The translations under genes and the position numbers were made by a program. A stretch of 64,000 nucleotides of DNA. It comes from Mycoplasmatota bacterium (lineage in GTDB: Bacteria; Bacillota_I; Bacilli_A; MAG-NZ). Every line of letters starts with the position of its first letter. Position 1 is the first letter of the stretch. The notes beneath the pieces are model-generated. The model saw nothing but the letters and a program-made list of their open reading frames with translations, did no database searches and was not told the origin of the DNA. The stretch covers positions 682,001-746,000 of the forward strand of contig CP074575.1 of the NCBI GenBank assembly GCA_018394315.1, written 5' to 3'. Positions 29,912 to 39,644 of this stretch are shown here, piece by piece.

Positions 29912-30577
29912 ATGAAAAAACTATTAACGTTACTCGTGGCGTTAGTATTAGTACTTAGTTTAAGTGCATGTGCTGATTACGCCCAAAATTTCACTGAAAA
30001 TAGTGAAACAAATACAGAAACACCTAAATCAACAGAAACAACTGAATTTGAGAATCAAGCTGGGGTATATACAGTAATGCATATCGCTGGTCATGGAGCT
30101 GAAGTAGAGTCTCCGGTATACGTACTATTTGAGTACCCAACAATGAAGTTTACGAAATATCAAATTGCGTTTACTTCTTGTACTTGACGTCCTGCAGAAA
30201 AAAACTATAAGCAGGTTGCTTATGTTGAATTAAATAACAGGGACGCATCATTAAGATTTATTTCATTTGATGTTGATTCTGATGGAGATTATACTCCAGC
30301 AGTATGGGGAGATTCTTCTCCAATACCACCTTATGGTGATGAAAGTTTAAGAGCTACTGGTAAAACTAAAGAAGATTTTATGACCGACTACATTAACGGA
30401 TTCTTATTAAATAAGAAACCTGAAGATCTAGCAAACGTATCTACTATTGATGATATAAAGGCCCAATATTTAGATGAGATTCCAAATATTGATAGCTATG
30501 CTGGTTCAAGTGTAACAATTAATAATGTCTTAAGAGCTTTTAAAGGATTACAAGAATATCACATGAATAATCAATAA
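29912..30577 (+). CDS. Putative selenoprotein lipoprotein (221 aa; Sec at TGA 30185-30187), joining track ORFs 29912-30187 and 30380-30577
   Basis: Lipobox LSAC; FTSCT-U-RPAE; frame stays open after the TGA to TAA 30577; SECIS-like hairpin; C-terminal IDSYAGSSVT motif; directly upstream of selC. Confidence 0.85.
30203..30226 (+). promoter_or_regulatory. Candidate SECIS element of the lipoprotein
   Basis: AAC(U)AUAAGC-AGGUU-GCUUAUGUU stem with bulged U and G-containing apical loop ~26 nt after the UGA. Confidence 0.65.
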
Positions 30578-30682
30578 AGATCAAGATCCCCATTATTATG
30601 AGGGTCTTTTCTTTTACTTGAAAATATTTGGTCATATATGTTGGAATCGTGGTAATAATATAGTATAATTTTATGGATACTT

Positions 30683-30779
30683 GGAAGCACTTACGTAACT
30701 GGTGTACGTACTGGTCTTCAACACCAAGTTGTGGGTGTAAAAACTCATGGGTGGGTTCGATTCCCATGTGCTTCCGCCA
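30683..30779 (+). tRNA. selC: tRNA-Sec (TCA)
   Basis: GGAAGCAC/GTGCTTCC 8-bp acceptor stem, extended D-stem, TCA anticodon at 30718-30720, long variable arm, GCCA; TTGGAA-17-TATAAT promoter at 30641-30669. Confidence 0.95.
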
Positions 30780-30803
30780 ATAAAAATGAAATGAGGTGAC
30801 ACT

Positions 30804-31829
30804 ATGTCTAGTAAAAAATTTGACTTGATGAAGTTCAGTAGCTGTGGAGGCTGAGCTGGTAAAGTAGGGCCGGGAGTTCTACAAAACATAGTTTCAAATT
30901 TACCTCAACAAATAGATGAAAAACTAATCTGTGGTCTAGAAAACAGTGAGGATGGAGCAGTTTATGAATTAGATAGCGAAAACTATTTAGTCAGTACCTT
31001 AGACTTCTTCTCGCCTAACATTTCTGATCCTTATACATTTGGATTAATTGCAGCCGCCAATGCTCTAAGCGATATTTTTGCAATGGGTGGAGAGATTTTA
31101 TATGCTCTCAACATATTGTCTTTTCCTTCTGAAGTTGAAGAAGAGGCTATAACTGAAATATTAAAAGGTGCTATACATAATGTTAATAAAGCCGGTGGAG
31201 TAGTTGTTGGAGGACATACTACTAAAAACAATGAAATTGTTTATGGGTTGAGTGTAACTGGAAAAGTGAAAAGAAAAAGTATTATGTTAAATAGTAATGC
31301 TAAAGTAAATAATAAGATTATATTGACTAAAAAAATAGGTACTGGTATTTATATGAGTGAGCTTTCTAAGGGTAGTGATGATTATAAGGAAGTTGTTGAA
31401 TCAATGACTACACTTAATAAAGAAGCTGCTGACATTATGATGAATTACAATGTAAGTACATGTACTGACTTAACTGGATTCGGACTTATTGGACATTTAT
31501 CAGAAGTCGCTGTAGCAAGTGACTTATCATTAAATATTTACTTTGATAAACTACCTTTGTTTGATAGGACTCTTGAATTAGTTAATAATACTAACGGTGG
31601 AATGCTTAGAAATATAGAACACTTTAGCAAGTATGTTAATTATGAAAACATTAAGAAAGAGAATATTAATATTTTAGCTGACCCTCAAACCAGTGGTGGA
31701 TTATTTATTTTTGTTGATGAGCAAGATGCGGATGAATTGTTAAAGGAATTACAAGATAAAGGAATTACGCAAGCTAGAGTTATTGGTGAAACAATCGAAA
31801 AAGGTGATAGCTTTATTAATATTTTATAA
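30804..31829 (+). CDS. selD: Selenophosphate synthetase, itself a selenoprotein (Sec17, TGA 30852-30854)
   Basis: MSSKKFDLMKFSSCGG-U-AGKVGP in frame with track ORF 31083; DFFSP, AANALSDIFAMGG, TDLTGFGLIGH, DPQTSGGL. Confidence 0.95.
30864..30882 (+). promoter_or_regulatory. Candidate SECIS element of selD
   Basis: GUAGGGC-CGGGA-GUUCUAC 7-bp hairpin starting 10 nt after the UGA. Confidence 0.7.
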
Positions 31830-33218
31830 GTGAGTATGCAAGAGTTATATAGAAAAATACCTCAAGTTTCCAAGTTAATAGAAGATAAATCAGTAAGACA
31901 TTTTTTGTCTTACTTTTATATGGAGGAAATTAAACAAGAAATTGAAGTAGTTTTAAAAGATATAAGAAGTAAGATTAAGAGTGAATTTATTGTAAGTCTT
32001 AATTATGAAGATGTTGTGTCAATGATAACTAATAGATTAAGAATTCATGATCTATACTCTTTAAGACGGGTAATAAATGGAACTGGTACTGTTTTACATA
32101 CTAATTTAGGTAGAGCGGTTATGTCTAAGAATGCAATAGATAATGTTGTTAGAGTATGTAAAGGTTATAGTAATTTAGAGTATGATATTGAAGCTGGTAA
32201 AAGGGGTAGTAGATATGACCACCTAGAAGCTATGGTATCTAAAATAGTTGGTTCTGAATCAGCAGTAGTTGTTAATAATAATGCTGCTGCTACTATGCTT
32301 ACCGTTGCTGCATTTTCAACAAATAAAGAAGCAGTTGTTTCTAGAGGGGAGTTAGTCGAGATTGGTGGTTCATTCAGGATTCCTGAGATCATTGAAGCGA
32401 GTGGTGCTATTTTAAAAGAAGTAGGAACAACTAATAGAACTCACCTAATCGACTATGAAAGAGCAACGAGTGAGAAGACTGGAATGTATTTGAAGGTCCA
32501 TCCATCAAATTACCATATCGATGGTTTTATAAAGAATGTCACTAATAAAGAGATAGTAGAACTAGCTAAAGAAACAAAAGTAATTACATGTGAAGACCTA
32601 GGTAGTGGAGCAATAATTGACTTTTCCAGATACAATTTCTATAAAGAGAATATGGTACAGGAGTCTTTAAAGAGTGGAATAGATTTAGTTACTTTTAGTG
32701 GTGATAAGTTACTAGGTGGACCACAAGCAGGAATTATTGTTGGTAAAAAAGAACTAATTGATAGAATTAAGAAACATCCACTAACAAGGGCTTTTAGGGT
32801 TGGTAAAATGACTATAGCTGCTTTAGAAGCAACACTAAGAGATTATTTAAGTCATCAAACGGTAGTTGAAACTACGCCCACTTTAAGAATGTTATTTGAG
32901 AATAAAGAAGAATTAAGAGCAAAAGCTACTAAATTAACTAATAGAATTAATGAAATAGATTATTTTGATAGTGAGGTCATTCCCGTGAATTCAACAGTAG
33001 GTGGAGGAAGTTTACCTTTAAGTATAATTGAAAGTTATGGGATCTCTATTAAATCAAAAGATATGTCAGTTAATGATCTTGAAAAATTTTTAAGAAAAGG
33101 GAAAAATCCAGTCATTGGATTGATTAATGAAAATAGGTATTACCTTGATGTTAGAACATTGCTTAATGGTGATGATGAGTTGATAGTTAAACAATTAGAG
33201 GAATATAAAAATGAATAA
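31830..33218 (+). CDS. selA: L-seryl-tRNA(Sec) selenium transferase
   Basis: VINGTGTVLHTNLGRA; VSRGELVEIGGSFRIP; FSGDKLLGGPQAG (PLP Lys). Confidence 0.97.
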   Translation: MSMQELYRKIPQVSKLIEDKSVRHFLSYFYMEEIKQEIEVVLKDIRSKIKSEFIVSLNYEDVVSMITNRLRIHDLYSLRRVINGTGTVLHTNLGRAVMSKNAIDNVVRVCKGYSNLEYDIEAGKRGSRYDHLEAMVSKIVGSESAVVVNNNAAATMLTVAAFSTNKEAVVSRGELVEIGGSFRIPEIIEASGAILKEVGTTNRTHLIDYERATSEKTGMYLKVHPSNYHIDGFIKNVTNKEIVELAKETKVITCEDLGSGAIIDFSRYNFYKENMVQESLKSGIDLVTFSGDKLLGGPQAGIIVGKKELIDRIKKHPLTRAFRVGKMTIAALEATLRDYLSHQTVVETTPTLRMLFENKEELRAKATKLTNRINEIDYFDSEVIPVNSTVGGGSLPLSIIESYGISIKSKDMSVNDLEKFLRKGKNPVIGLINENRYYLDVRTLLNGDDELIVKQLEEYKNE

Positions 33219-35055
33219 TTTTGTTATTGGTACTGCCGGTCATATTGACCATGGGAAGACATCGTTGATTAAAGCACTAACTGGAATTAATACAGACACT
33301 TTAAAAGAAGAGCAAAGAAGAGGAATAACAATTGACCTTGGATTTTCATATTTGAAACTCTCAGATGATTTAACTGTTGGGATTGTTGATGTTCCAGGCC
33401 ATGAGAAGTTAATCAAGAATATGTTATCTGGTGTATGTGGAATTGACTTGATATTACTAGTTATTGCAGTTGATGATGGCATAATGCCACAAACAAGAGA
33501 ACACTTTGAAATAATAAATTATCTTAATGTAGAGAATATTTTAGTAGTTTTAACTAAGACTGATTTGGTTGATGGGAATAGAGTATCGGAAGTGAAAAAC
33601 GAAGTCAAGAATGAATTTGGTGTATCTAATTTTGTAAATTTCTCTATATATGATGAAAATAGCTATTCTAATGTAAAAGAAGCTATTACTTCTATGCTAG
33701 TTTTTGATGATGAAGATGATACTGATACATTCAGGATGCCGATTGATAGGGTGTTTAATGTCAAGGGACACGGTGTTGTAGTAACGGGGTCTTCTATATC
33801 TGGTAAAGTTAGAATAGGAGATAAACTAGAGGTGTTACCATCCAAAAATATTGTGAGAGTTAAAGGTATCCAAGTTTTTAAAAAGAAGGTTGATATTGCT
33901 TATAAAAAGACGAGGATAGCCTTAAATATTTCAGGAATTAAGCAACAAGACTTAAATAGGGGTAAGATCATTTCTACACCAAATAAACTCATTCCTACGA
34001 AGATATTAGATGTTAAAATTAAATTGTCAAATATTGACGGAGTACTAAAACACTTAGAGAATGTGAAATTTCATTATTTAGCGAGTGAAGTAAAGGCAAA
34101 AATTAAATTGTTTAATATAAAAGAAATAAACAAGGGTGAAGTTGTTTACGGACAATTGTTACTAGAAGAAGAACTTTATGCAGTCAATGGCGATTTAGGT
34201 GTTTTAAGAAAGATAAACCCTAATATTACAGTTGCTGGTGTTGAGATCATTAATGTTCAGGGTAAATTTGCAAACAGAAAAGATAATTCCTATGTCGAAA
34301 AAATAAAGGTAATAGAAGAGGGCGACTTATTTAATATAGTTAGTAGTTATTTAACTAGCAATCTTTTTTCAACCAAGAAGAATTTATTATCTGACTTAGG
34401 AATCAGTGATAATGAACTAAGTAAGCTTGATTTGGATGTTATTAAGGTAGATGATATTTATATTTCAAAAGAGAATTTTAATATCTTCAAGCGAGATGTT
34501 TTGGTTATACTAAATGATTATCATAAGCGAAATAAATATGAATTAGGAATTAATAAGAGTGAACTGTTTAATACATTGGATTTGAGTATTTCTAGTAAAG
34601 CTGCTACTAAATTTTTAGGACTTATAGATGATATTGAAGTAACAGATAAAGTCAAACTTAAATCATTTCAGATAATTCTAAGCAAAGAAGAAAATGTTAT
34701 TGCAGAAAAAATATTAAAGTATGTAGATAGTAATGATTTTAAGCCTCCTAAATATAAGGAGATTGTCGCATTTACAAGTGGTGATAAAGCTATAGAGGTT
34801 TATTTTACGTTAATAAAACAAGGAAAACTAGTAAAATTAGATGATGATATAGTATTAACGAAGCATATGATTTCAAAATTGTTGGAAGTATTGGAATATT
34901 ATTTTGAGAAAAATAATATTCTAACATTAACAGATGCAAGAGAAATCTTAAACTCCTCAAGGAGGTATGTAGTTCCTTATTTAGAATATCTTGATAAGAT
35001 TGGATATACTAAACGAGTTGAGAGTGGAAGAACAAAAAAAGGGGTTGTGAATTAA
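33211..35055 (+). CDS. selB: Selenocysteine-specific elongation factor
   Basis: GTAGHIDHGKT; EEQRRGITIDLGF; C-terminal winged helix SSRRYVVPYLEYLD. Confidence 0.97.
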   Translation: MNNFVIGTAGHIDHGKTSLIKALTGINTDTLKEEQRRGITIDLGFSYLKLSDDLTVGIVDVPGHEKLIKNMLSGVCGIDLILLVIAVDDGIMPQTREHFEIINYLNVENILVVLTKTDLVDGNRVSEVKNEVKNEFGVSNFVNFSIYDENSYSNVKEAITSMLVFDDEDDTDTFRMPIDRVFNVKGHGVVVTGSSISGKVRIGDKLEVLPSKNIVRVKGIQVFKKKVDIAYKKTRIALNISGIKQQDLNRGKIISTPNKLIPTKILDVKIKLSNIDGVLKHLENVKFHYLASEVKAKIKLFNIKEINKGEVVYGQLLLEEELYAVNGDLGVLRKINPNITVAGVEIINVQGKFANRKDNSYVEKIKVIEEGDLFNIVSSYLTSNLFSTKKNLLSDLGISDNELSKLDLDVIKVDDIYISKENFNIFKRDVLVILNDYHKRNKYELGINKSELFNTLDLSISSKAATKFLGLIDDIEVTDKVKLKSFQIILSKEENVIAEKILKYVDSNDFKPPKYKEIVAFTSGDKAIEVYFTLIKQGKLVKLDDDIVLTKHMISKLLEVLEYYFEKNNILTLTDAREILNSSRRYVVPYLEYLDKIGYTKRVESGRTKKGVVN

Positions 35056-35072
35056 AATTCACTACCCTTTTT
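35035..35072. terminator. Bidirectional terminator between convergent selB and hydA2
   Basis: AAAAAAGGGGTTGTGAATT-AA-AATTCACTACCCTTTTT. Confidence 0.7.
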
Positions 35073-36846
35073 ACTTTAATTTATGTGACTGATCAGTATA
35101 AGTTGTATGAAGATATTTATGTGCAGCATGACTACCTGGTTTTTCTAAATATTTTTCGTAAGCTCTTTGAATAACAGGAGACATGTGTGATTTCCTAAAT
35201 TCAACATCTTCTTTATCTGATTGATATAAGGCTTGAGCTCTTAATTCAGCTACGTCCAATCCTTGCATGAATTCTTCACGTACGATTGGTTGTCCACCAC
35301 CGTTTACGCATCCACCAGGGCATCCCATAAACTCAATGAAGTGATACTCTTTTTCACCTTTATCAAGGATTTCAAACATTTTTTTAATACCTTGACCACC
35401 ATGAACGATTGCTACATTCACTTCTAAACCAGTCTTAGGTAATTTTAATGTTGCTTCTTTAATGTTTTCTTCTACACCACGAACTGCGTGTATATCTAAG
35501 TTTGGTAATGGTTCACCTTCTAAAATTTCATAAACAGTTCGTACTGCAGCTTCCATAACTCCACCAGAAGCTCCAAATATTGTTCCTGCACCTGTATATT
35601 GCGCAAGCTCGTTTTCAGGTTTATAATCCTCTAAATGACGGAAGTTAATACCATGTTGCTTAATCATTCTCGCTAATTCTCTAGTTGTTAATACTGCATC
35701 TACATCTCTTATTCCATCTTGTTCCATTTCTGGACGAGCGATTTCATATTTCTTAGCTGTACATGGCATAATTGAAACCATATAAACCTCAGAAGCATCT
35801 TTATTAAGTTCATCAGGAGCATAGAAATTCTTCATAAATGCACCTTGCATCATATGAGGAGATTTAGCACTTGAAAGGTTCGGTAAATATTCTGGACGAT
35901 ATTGTTCAATATAGCGAAGCCATCCTGGAGAGCAAGATGTGAATAATGGTAATGGTCCACCATTCTTCACTCTATCGATAAACTCAGTACCTTCTTCCAT
36001 AATCGTTAAGTCAGCAGCATAGTTAGTATCTGTAACTAAGTCAAAACCTAATTCTTTAAGTGCACGGTACATTTTACCTTCAACTTCTCTTACTGGTGTT
36101 CCGATTGGATATTCGAATGGTTCACCAATTGCAGCTCTTACTGCTGGAGCCATTTGCACTACTACAAATTTATTAGGATCTTTAATAGCAGCCTCAACAC
36201 GTTTTATATGGTTCGTTTCTATGATTGCAGCTGTTGGACAAACTTTTGAACATTGACCGCATGAGATACATGCAATATCGTCTAATGTTTCTCCACAACT
36301 TGTTGGAGCAATTATTGTATCAATTCCTCTATTGTTAAAATCTAACGTTGCAGGTGTTTGAATTTTTGCACACACTTGTGTACAAGCTCCACATTGAACA
36401 CATTTTCCAGAATCTAATGTAATTGCAGTTGATTCATTGATTATCCTTGTGTTTGACATAAATTTATGATCATCATGATAAGTGTTTTCTACGTTGTAAA
36501 ATTGCAAGTAATCATAGAAGTAACAACTTTCCTCACGAGGACATGTCCAACACTCAAATGTATGTGTAGAAGCTAATAATTCAAGTGTTCTTATTCTTGA
36601 TTTTACAACTTCCTCAGATTCGGTTTGAACCTTCATTCCTTCATTTGCTTCTAAATTACAAGTAGCTTTTAATCCCATACCTTCGATTTCAGCAACACAC
36701 ATACGACAAGCACCAATATCACTAATTCCTTTTAAGTAACAAAGTGTAGGTACTTTGATATCTAATGATCTAGCAGCTTCTAATATAGTAGTTCCTTTGC
36801 TAACCTCAACCTCTTGGTTGTTAATTGTTAATTTTATTTTATTCAT
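35071..36846 (-). CDS. hydA: [FeFe]-hydrogenase alpha subunit, copy 2
   Basis: Same FeS architecture and intact H-cluster motifs as copy 1. Confidence 0.95.
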   Translation of the reverse strand: MNKIKLTINNQEVEVSKGTTILEAARSLDIKVPTLCYLKGISDIGACRMCVAEIEGMGLKATCNLEANEGMKVQTESEEVVKSRIRTLELLASTHTFECWTCPREESCYFYDYLQFYNVENTYHDDHKFMSNTRIINESTAITLDSGKCVQCGACTQVCAKIQTPATLDFNNRGIDTIIAPTSCGETLDDIACISCGQCSKVCPTAAIIETNHIKRVEAAIKDPNKFVVVQMAPAVRAAIGEPFEYPIGTPVREVEGKMYRALKELGFDLVTDTNYAADLTIMEEGTEFIDRVKNGGPLPLFTSCSPGWLRYIEQYRPEYLPNLSSAKSPHMMQGAFMKNFYAPDELNKDASEVYMVSIMPCTAKKYEIARPEMEQDGIRDVDAVLTTRELARMIKQHGINFRHLEDYKPENELAQYTGAGTIFGASGGVMEAAVRTVYEILEGEPLPNLDIHAVRGVEENIKEATLKLPKTGLEVNVAIVHGGQGIKKMFEILDKGEKEYHFIEFMGCPGGCVNGGGQPIVREEFMQGLDVAELRAQALYQSDKEDVEFRKSHMSPVIQRAYEKYLEKPGSHAAHKYLHTTYTDQSHKLK

Positions 36847-36857
36847 ACGTTCACCTC

Positions 36858-38219
36858 TTACTTAAAGCACTTTCCAGCAGCACATTCATGTTCATTAATG
36901 TGTGCTAAAAATTCGTCTTTAAAGCTATTCATAGCTGTATGCATAGTCATTCCTACTGCTTGCCCTAAACCACATAATGATGCTGTTCTAAGATGCTCTG
37001 CTAGTTCAATTAATTTATCTAAATCTTTTAAGGAAGCGCTTCCTTCTTTGATTTTTTCTAGTAACTGTGCAGCTCTTTTTGTACCTACTCTACAAGGCGT
37101 ACATCTACCGCAAGATTCAATGTTTAATAAGTCTACATTGAAATGAGTAAAGTCTACCATACAAGTTTTATCATCTAAGATTACTACTCCACCTGAACCA
37201 ACCATAACTTGACGTTCTTTGAATTCAGGAAAAGCAACTGGTAAATCGATATCTTCACTACCTAACATAGTGACATTTGGAGACCCAGTTACGAATGCTT
37301 TGAATTTTCTGTTATCACGCATTCCACCACCAAGTTCAATTAATTCTCTAATAGTTATTCCAAGAGGAACTTCAACAGTTTTTGGACTATTCAAATGACC
37401 AGTTAATGTGAATACTTTTGATCCTTCACTACCTGGAATACCTGTTGATTTATACCAATCAGCACCGTTTAGAATAATTTGCGGTACAACTGATAATGTT
37501 TCAACATTGTTTATTAATGTTGGTTTGCTAAATAAACCTTTAACAGCTGGGAATGGAGGTTTACTTTTTGAGTTACCTCTATTACCTTCTATAGAGTTAA
37601 TAATCGCTGATTCCTCACCACAAACGTAAGCTCCAGCTCCTCTAAACACTTCTACTTCAAAGTCGAAGTCTGTTCCTAATATTTTTTTACCTAATAAACC
37701 TTTTTCTTTAGCATCTTCAATAGCTTTATTTAATACTTCTAAACACACTGGATATTCATATCTTAAATATATATATCCTTTTGAAGCACCAATAGCGTAT
37801 CCCGCTAATGCCATACCTTCAAGTACTGAATGTGGATCCTGACGCATTAATACGCCATCTATAGTTGCTGCAGATTCACCTTCATCAGCATTACATATAA
37901 TATACTTTTGACCTTTTTCTTTTGGAATGAATCCCCATTTTAATCCAGTTGGGAATCCCCCACCAGAACGACCCTTTAATCCTGAGTCTTTTACTACTTC
38001 AGTAACCTCTTCAGGTTTCATTTCAGTGATAGCTTTGTTTAGTGCAAAATATCCATCTCTAGCGATATATTCATCAATTGAATCCTTGTCAATGACATAC
38101 GAATTTTTTAAAACTATGCGAACTTCTTTTTCTTTGTTTGTACGATAATCTTTATCAAACTTATTTCCAACACGTTTTAACGTATCGTCTTTTATTTTCT
38201 TCAGTAATTTGATATCCAT
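36858..38219 (-). CDS. hydB: NuoF-like NADH/FMN-binding hydrogenase beta subunit (short form)
   Basis: GLKGRSGGGFPTGLKW; CNADEGE; GAGAYVCGEE; ESCGRCTPCRVG; ends at CAAGKC with no ferredoxin tail. Confidence 0.92.
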   Translation of the reverse strand: MDIKLLKKIKDDTLKRVGNKFDKDYRTNKEKEVRIVLKNSYVIDKDSIDEYIARDGYFALNKAITEMKPEEVTEVVKDSGLKGRSGGGFPTGLKWGFIPKEKGQKYIICNADEGESAATIDGVLMRQDPHSVLEGMALAGYAIGASKGYIYLRYEYPVCLEVLNKAIEDAKEKGLLGKKILGTDFDFEVEVFRGAGAYVCGEESAIINSIEGNRGNSKSKPPFPAVKGLFSKPTLINNVETLSVVPQIILNGADWYKSTGIPGSEGSKVFTLTGHLNSPKTVEVPLGITIRELIELGGGMRDNRKFKAFVTGSPNVTMLGSEDIDLPVAFPEFKERQVMVGSGGVVILDDKTCMVDFTHFNVDLLNIESCGRCTPCRVGTKRAAQLLEKIKEGSASLKDLDKLIELAEHLRTASLCGLGQAVGMTMHTAMNSFKDEFLAHINEHECAAGKCFK

Positions 38220-38221
38220 AA

Positions 38222-38692
38222 TTAAATCCCTTTTAATAATTCAGTAACTTTATCTATAGTTACTTTATTATGAGTTTTATGATTGATTATCACGTTAGGC
38301 GCTAGTTCGCACTTACCTAAACATCTACCTATTACAACTGAGAACTCCTTGTTCCTAGATGTAGAGTTAGGCTCGCATTTCGTTATTTCGCATACTTTTT
38401 TAAGAATGTCATTTGCTTCTTGTACATAGCACGTAGTCCCTACACAAACTTCTATGATGTTTTTACCTTGTATATCACTTGTAAAGTAATCATAGAAAGT
38501 AACAATTCCACTGATTTTTGATATTGAAGCGTCATGGTGTTTACCAATTACTCTTTGAATTTCTACTGGCACTCCACCGAATACTTTCTGAGCAAGGTGA
38601 ATTGATTTAAGAAGACCAGCTTGATCTTTTGCGTTTTCAGCAATGCTTTTCTCGAATTCTGCCAATTGCTCGGGAAGAAATTTATTCTTCAT
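38222..38692 (-). CDS. hydC: NuoE-like [2Fe-2S] hydrogenase gamma subunit
   Basis: VCVGTTC...RCLGKCELAP. Confidence 0.92.
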   Translation of the reverse strand: MKNKFLPEQLAEFEKSIAENAKDQAGLLKSIHLAQKVFGGVPVEIQRVIGKHHDASISKISGIVTFYDYFTSDIQGKNIIEVCVGTTCYVQEANDILKKVCEITKCEPNSTSRNKEFSVVIGRCLGKCELAPNVIINHKTHNKVTIDKVTELLKGI

Positions 38693-38791
38693 TCTTTTCC
38701 CTCCTTTAGGTTGTTGTATTATTTTAACATATTTTGATACTCTGATTCTACATACAATATACCCAAATATAACGAAATATATATTTTATAT

Positions 38792-38809
38792 TCGTAACAA
38801 ATGTTACAA
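38792..38809. promoter_or_regulatory. Operator copy upstream of hydCBA
   Basis: TCGTAAC-AAAT-GTTACAA, 1 mismatch to the palindrome. Confidence 0.6.
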
Positions 38810-38952
38810 ATATTATATCAAGTTTTATTTTTCATACTGTACAAAAAATGTGTTAAATACAGGTAACACTCTATTGTTGGCTATAATCTATTGTTTTGGT
38901 ACATTACTACTGGATAATTGTTGTGGTAAAATGTATCTATGGAGGTGGGAAA

Positions 38953-39513
38953 ATGAGAGTTGCTTATTATTTATACGACGGATACTCACAAATAGAAATA
39001 TCTATTCCTGAGTTTTTATTTAGGAAAGAGGAAACAATGACTTTATCAAGTAATCAAGATGTGGTTGTTTGTCAAGGGGGTAAAAGATCACTTATTGACT
39101 ATTCGGTAAGCGAAGTAAATCCAGAAGATATCGATGTTCTTATTATTCCTGGTGGGAAAGCAAACATTGAGGAAGACATACTTAAGTTGATAAAGGATTG
39201 TGAGAAACAAGGAATAGTCATCGGAGCTATTTGTGCTGGTGTTGATTATTTACTCCATGCAGGGGTTCTAAATGATAGAAAATATACTGGTTTCTTTGAT
39301 CCTGATAAAACTTATGATTTTTTACCGAAAGATGGGATATTAACTTATAAAATGTACGAAAGTGACAAGAATATAATTACCGCAAGACCAGAAGCATATT
39401 TGGAATTCGCTTTAGAATTATATCATTTAGCTGGATTCAGGATAGATTCTACGGATGGTTTTGTGGAATGGTTTAAAAGTCCGCTTTGTTGGACTAAGGA
39501 AAAAATCGATTAA
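38953..39513 (+). CDS. DJ-1/PfpI family protein
   Basis: DVLIIPGG; GAICAG nucleophile; NIITA; GGAGG RBS before ATG 38953. Confidence 0.88.
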   Translation: MRVAYYLYDGYSQIEISIPEFLFRKEETMTLSSNQDVVVCQGGKRSLIDYSVSEVNPEDIDVLIIPGGKANIEEDILKLIKDCEKQGIVIGAICAGVDYLLHAGVLNDRKYTGFFDPDKTYDFLPKDGILTYKMYESDKNIITARPEAYLEFALELYHLAGFRIDSTDGFVEWFKSPLCWTKEKID

Positions 39514-39644
39514 CATGATATGTTAATTGATTTTTTTTGTTCTAAATAGATAATTAATATCCTGGAAGTAAATTACCAATTAATATTTTATCCATATATG
39601 ATATAATATTTAAGCATTAAATGTTATGAATGGAAGTAAACTAT

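Noticed and set aside
30185..30854. TGA read as Trp (genetic code 4) as the explanation for the in-frame TGAs
   Set aside because: Trp is TGG in the predicted proteins, the other long genes are uninterrupted, the nitroreductase ends naturally at TGA (20043-20045), and the selD TGA sits at the known catalytic Cys/Sec17 next to tRNA-Sec, selA and selB
30540..30889. Minus-strand ORFs 30540-30767 and 30671-30889
   Set aside because: Antisense to tRNA-Sec and the true selD 5' end
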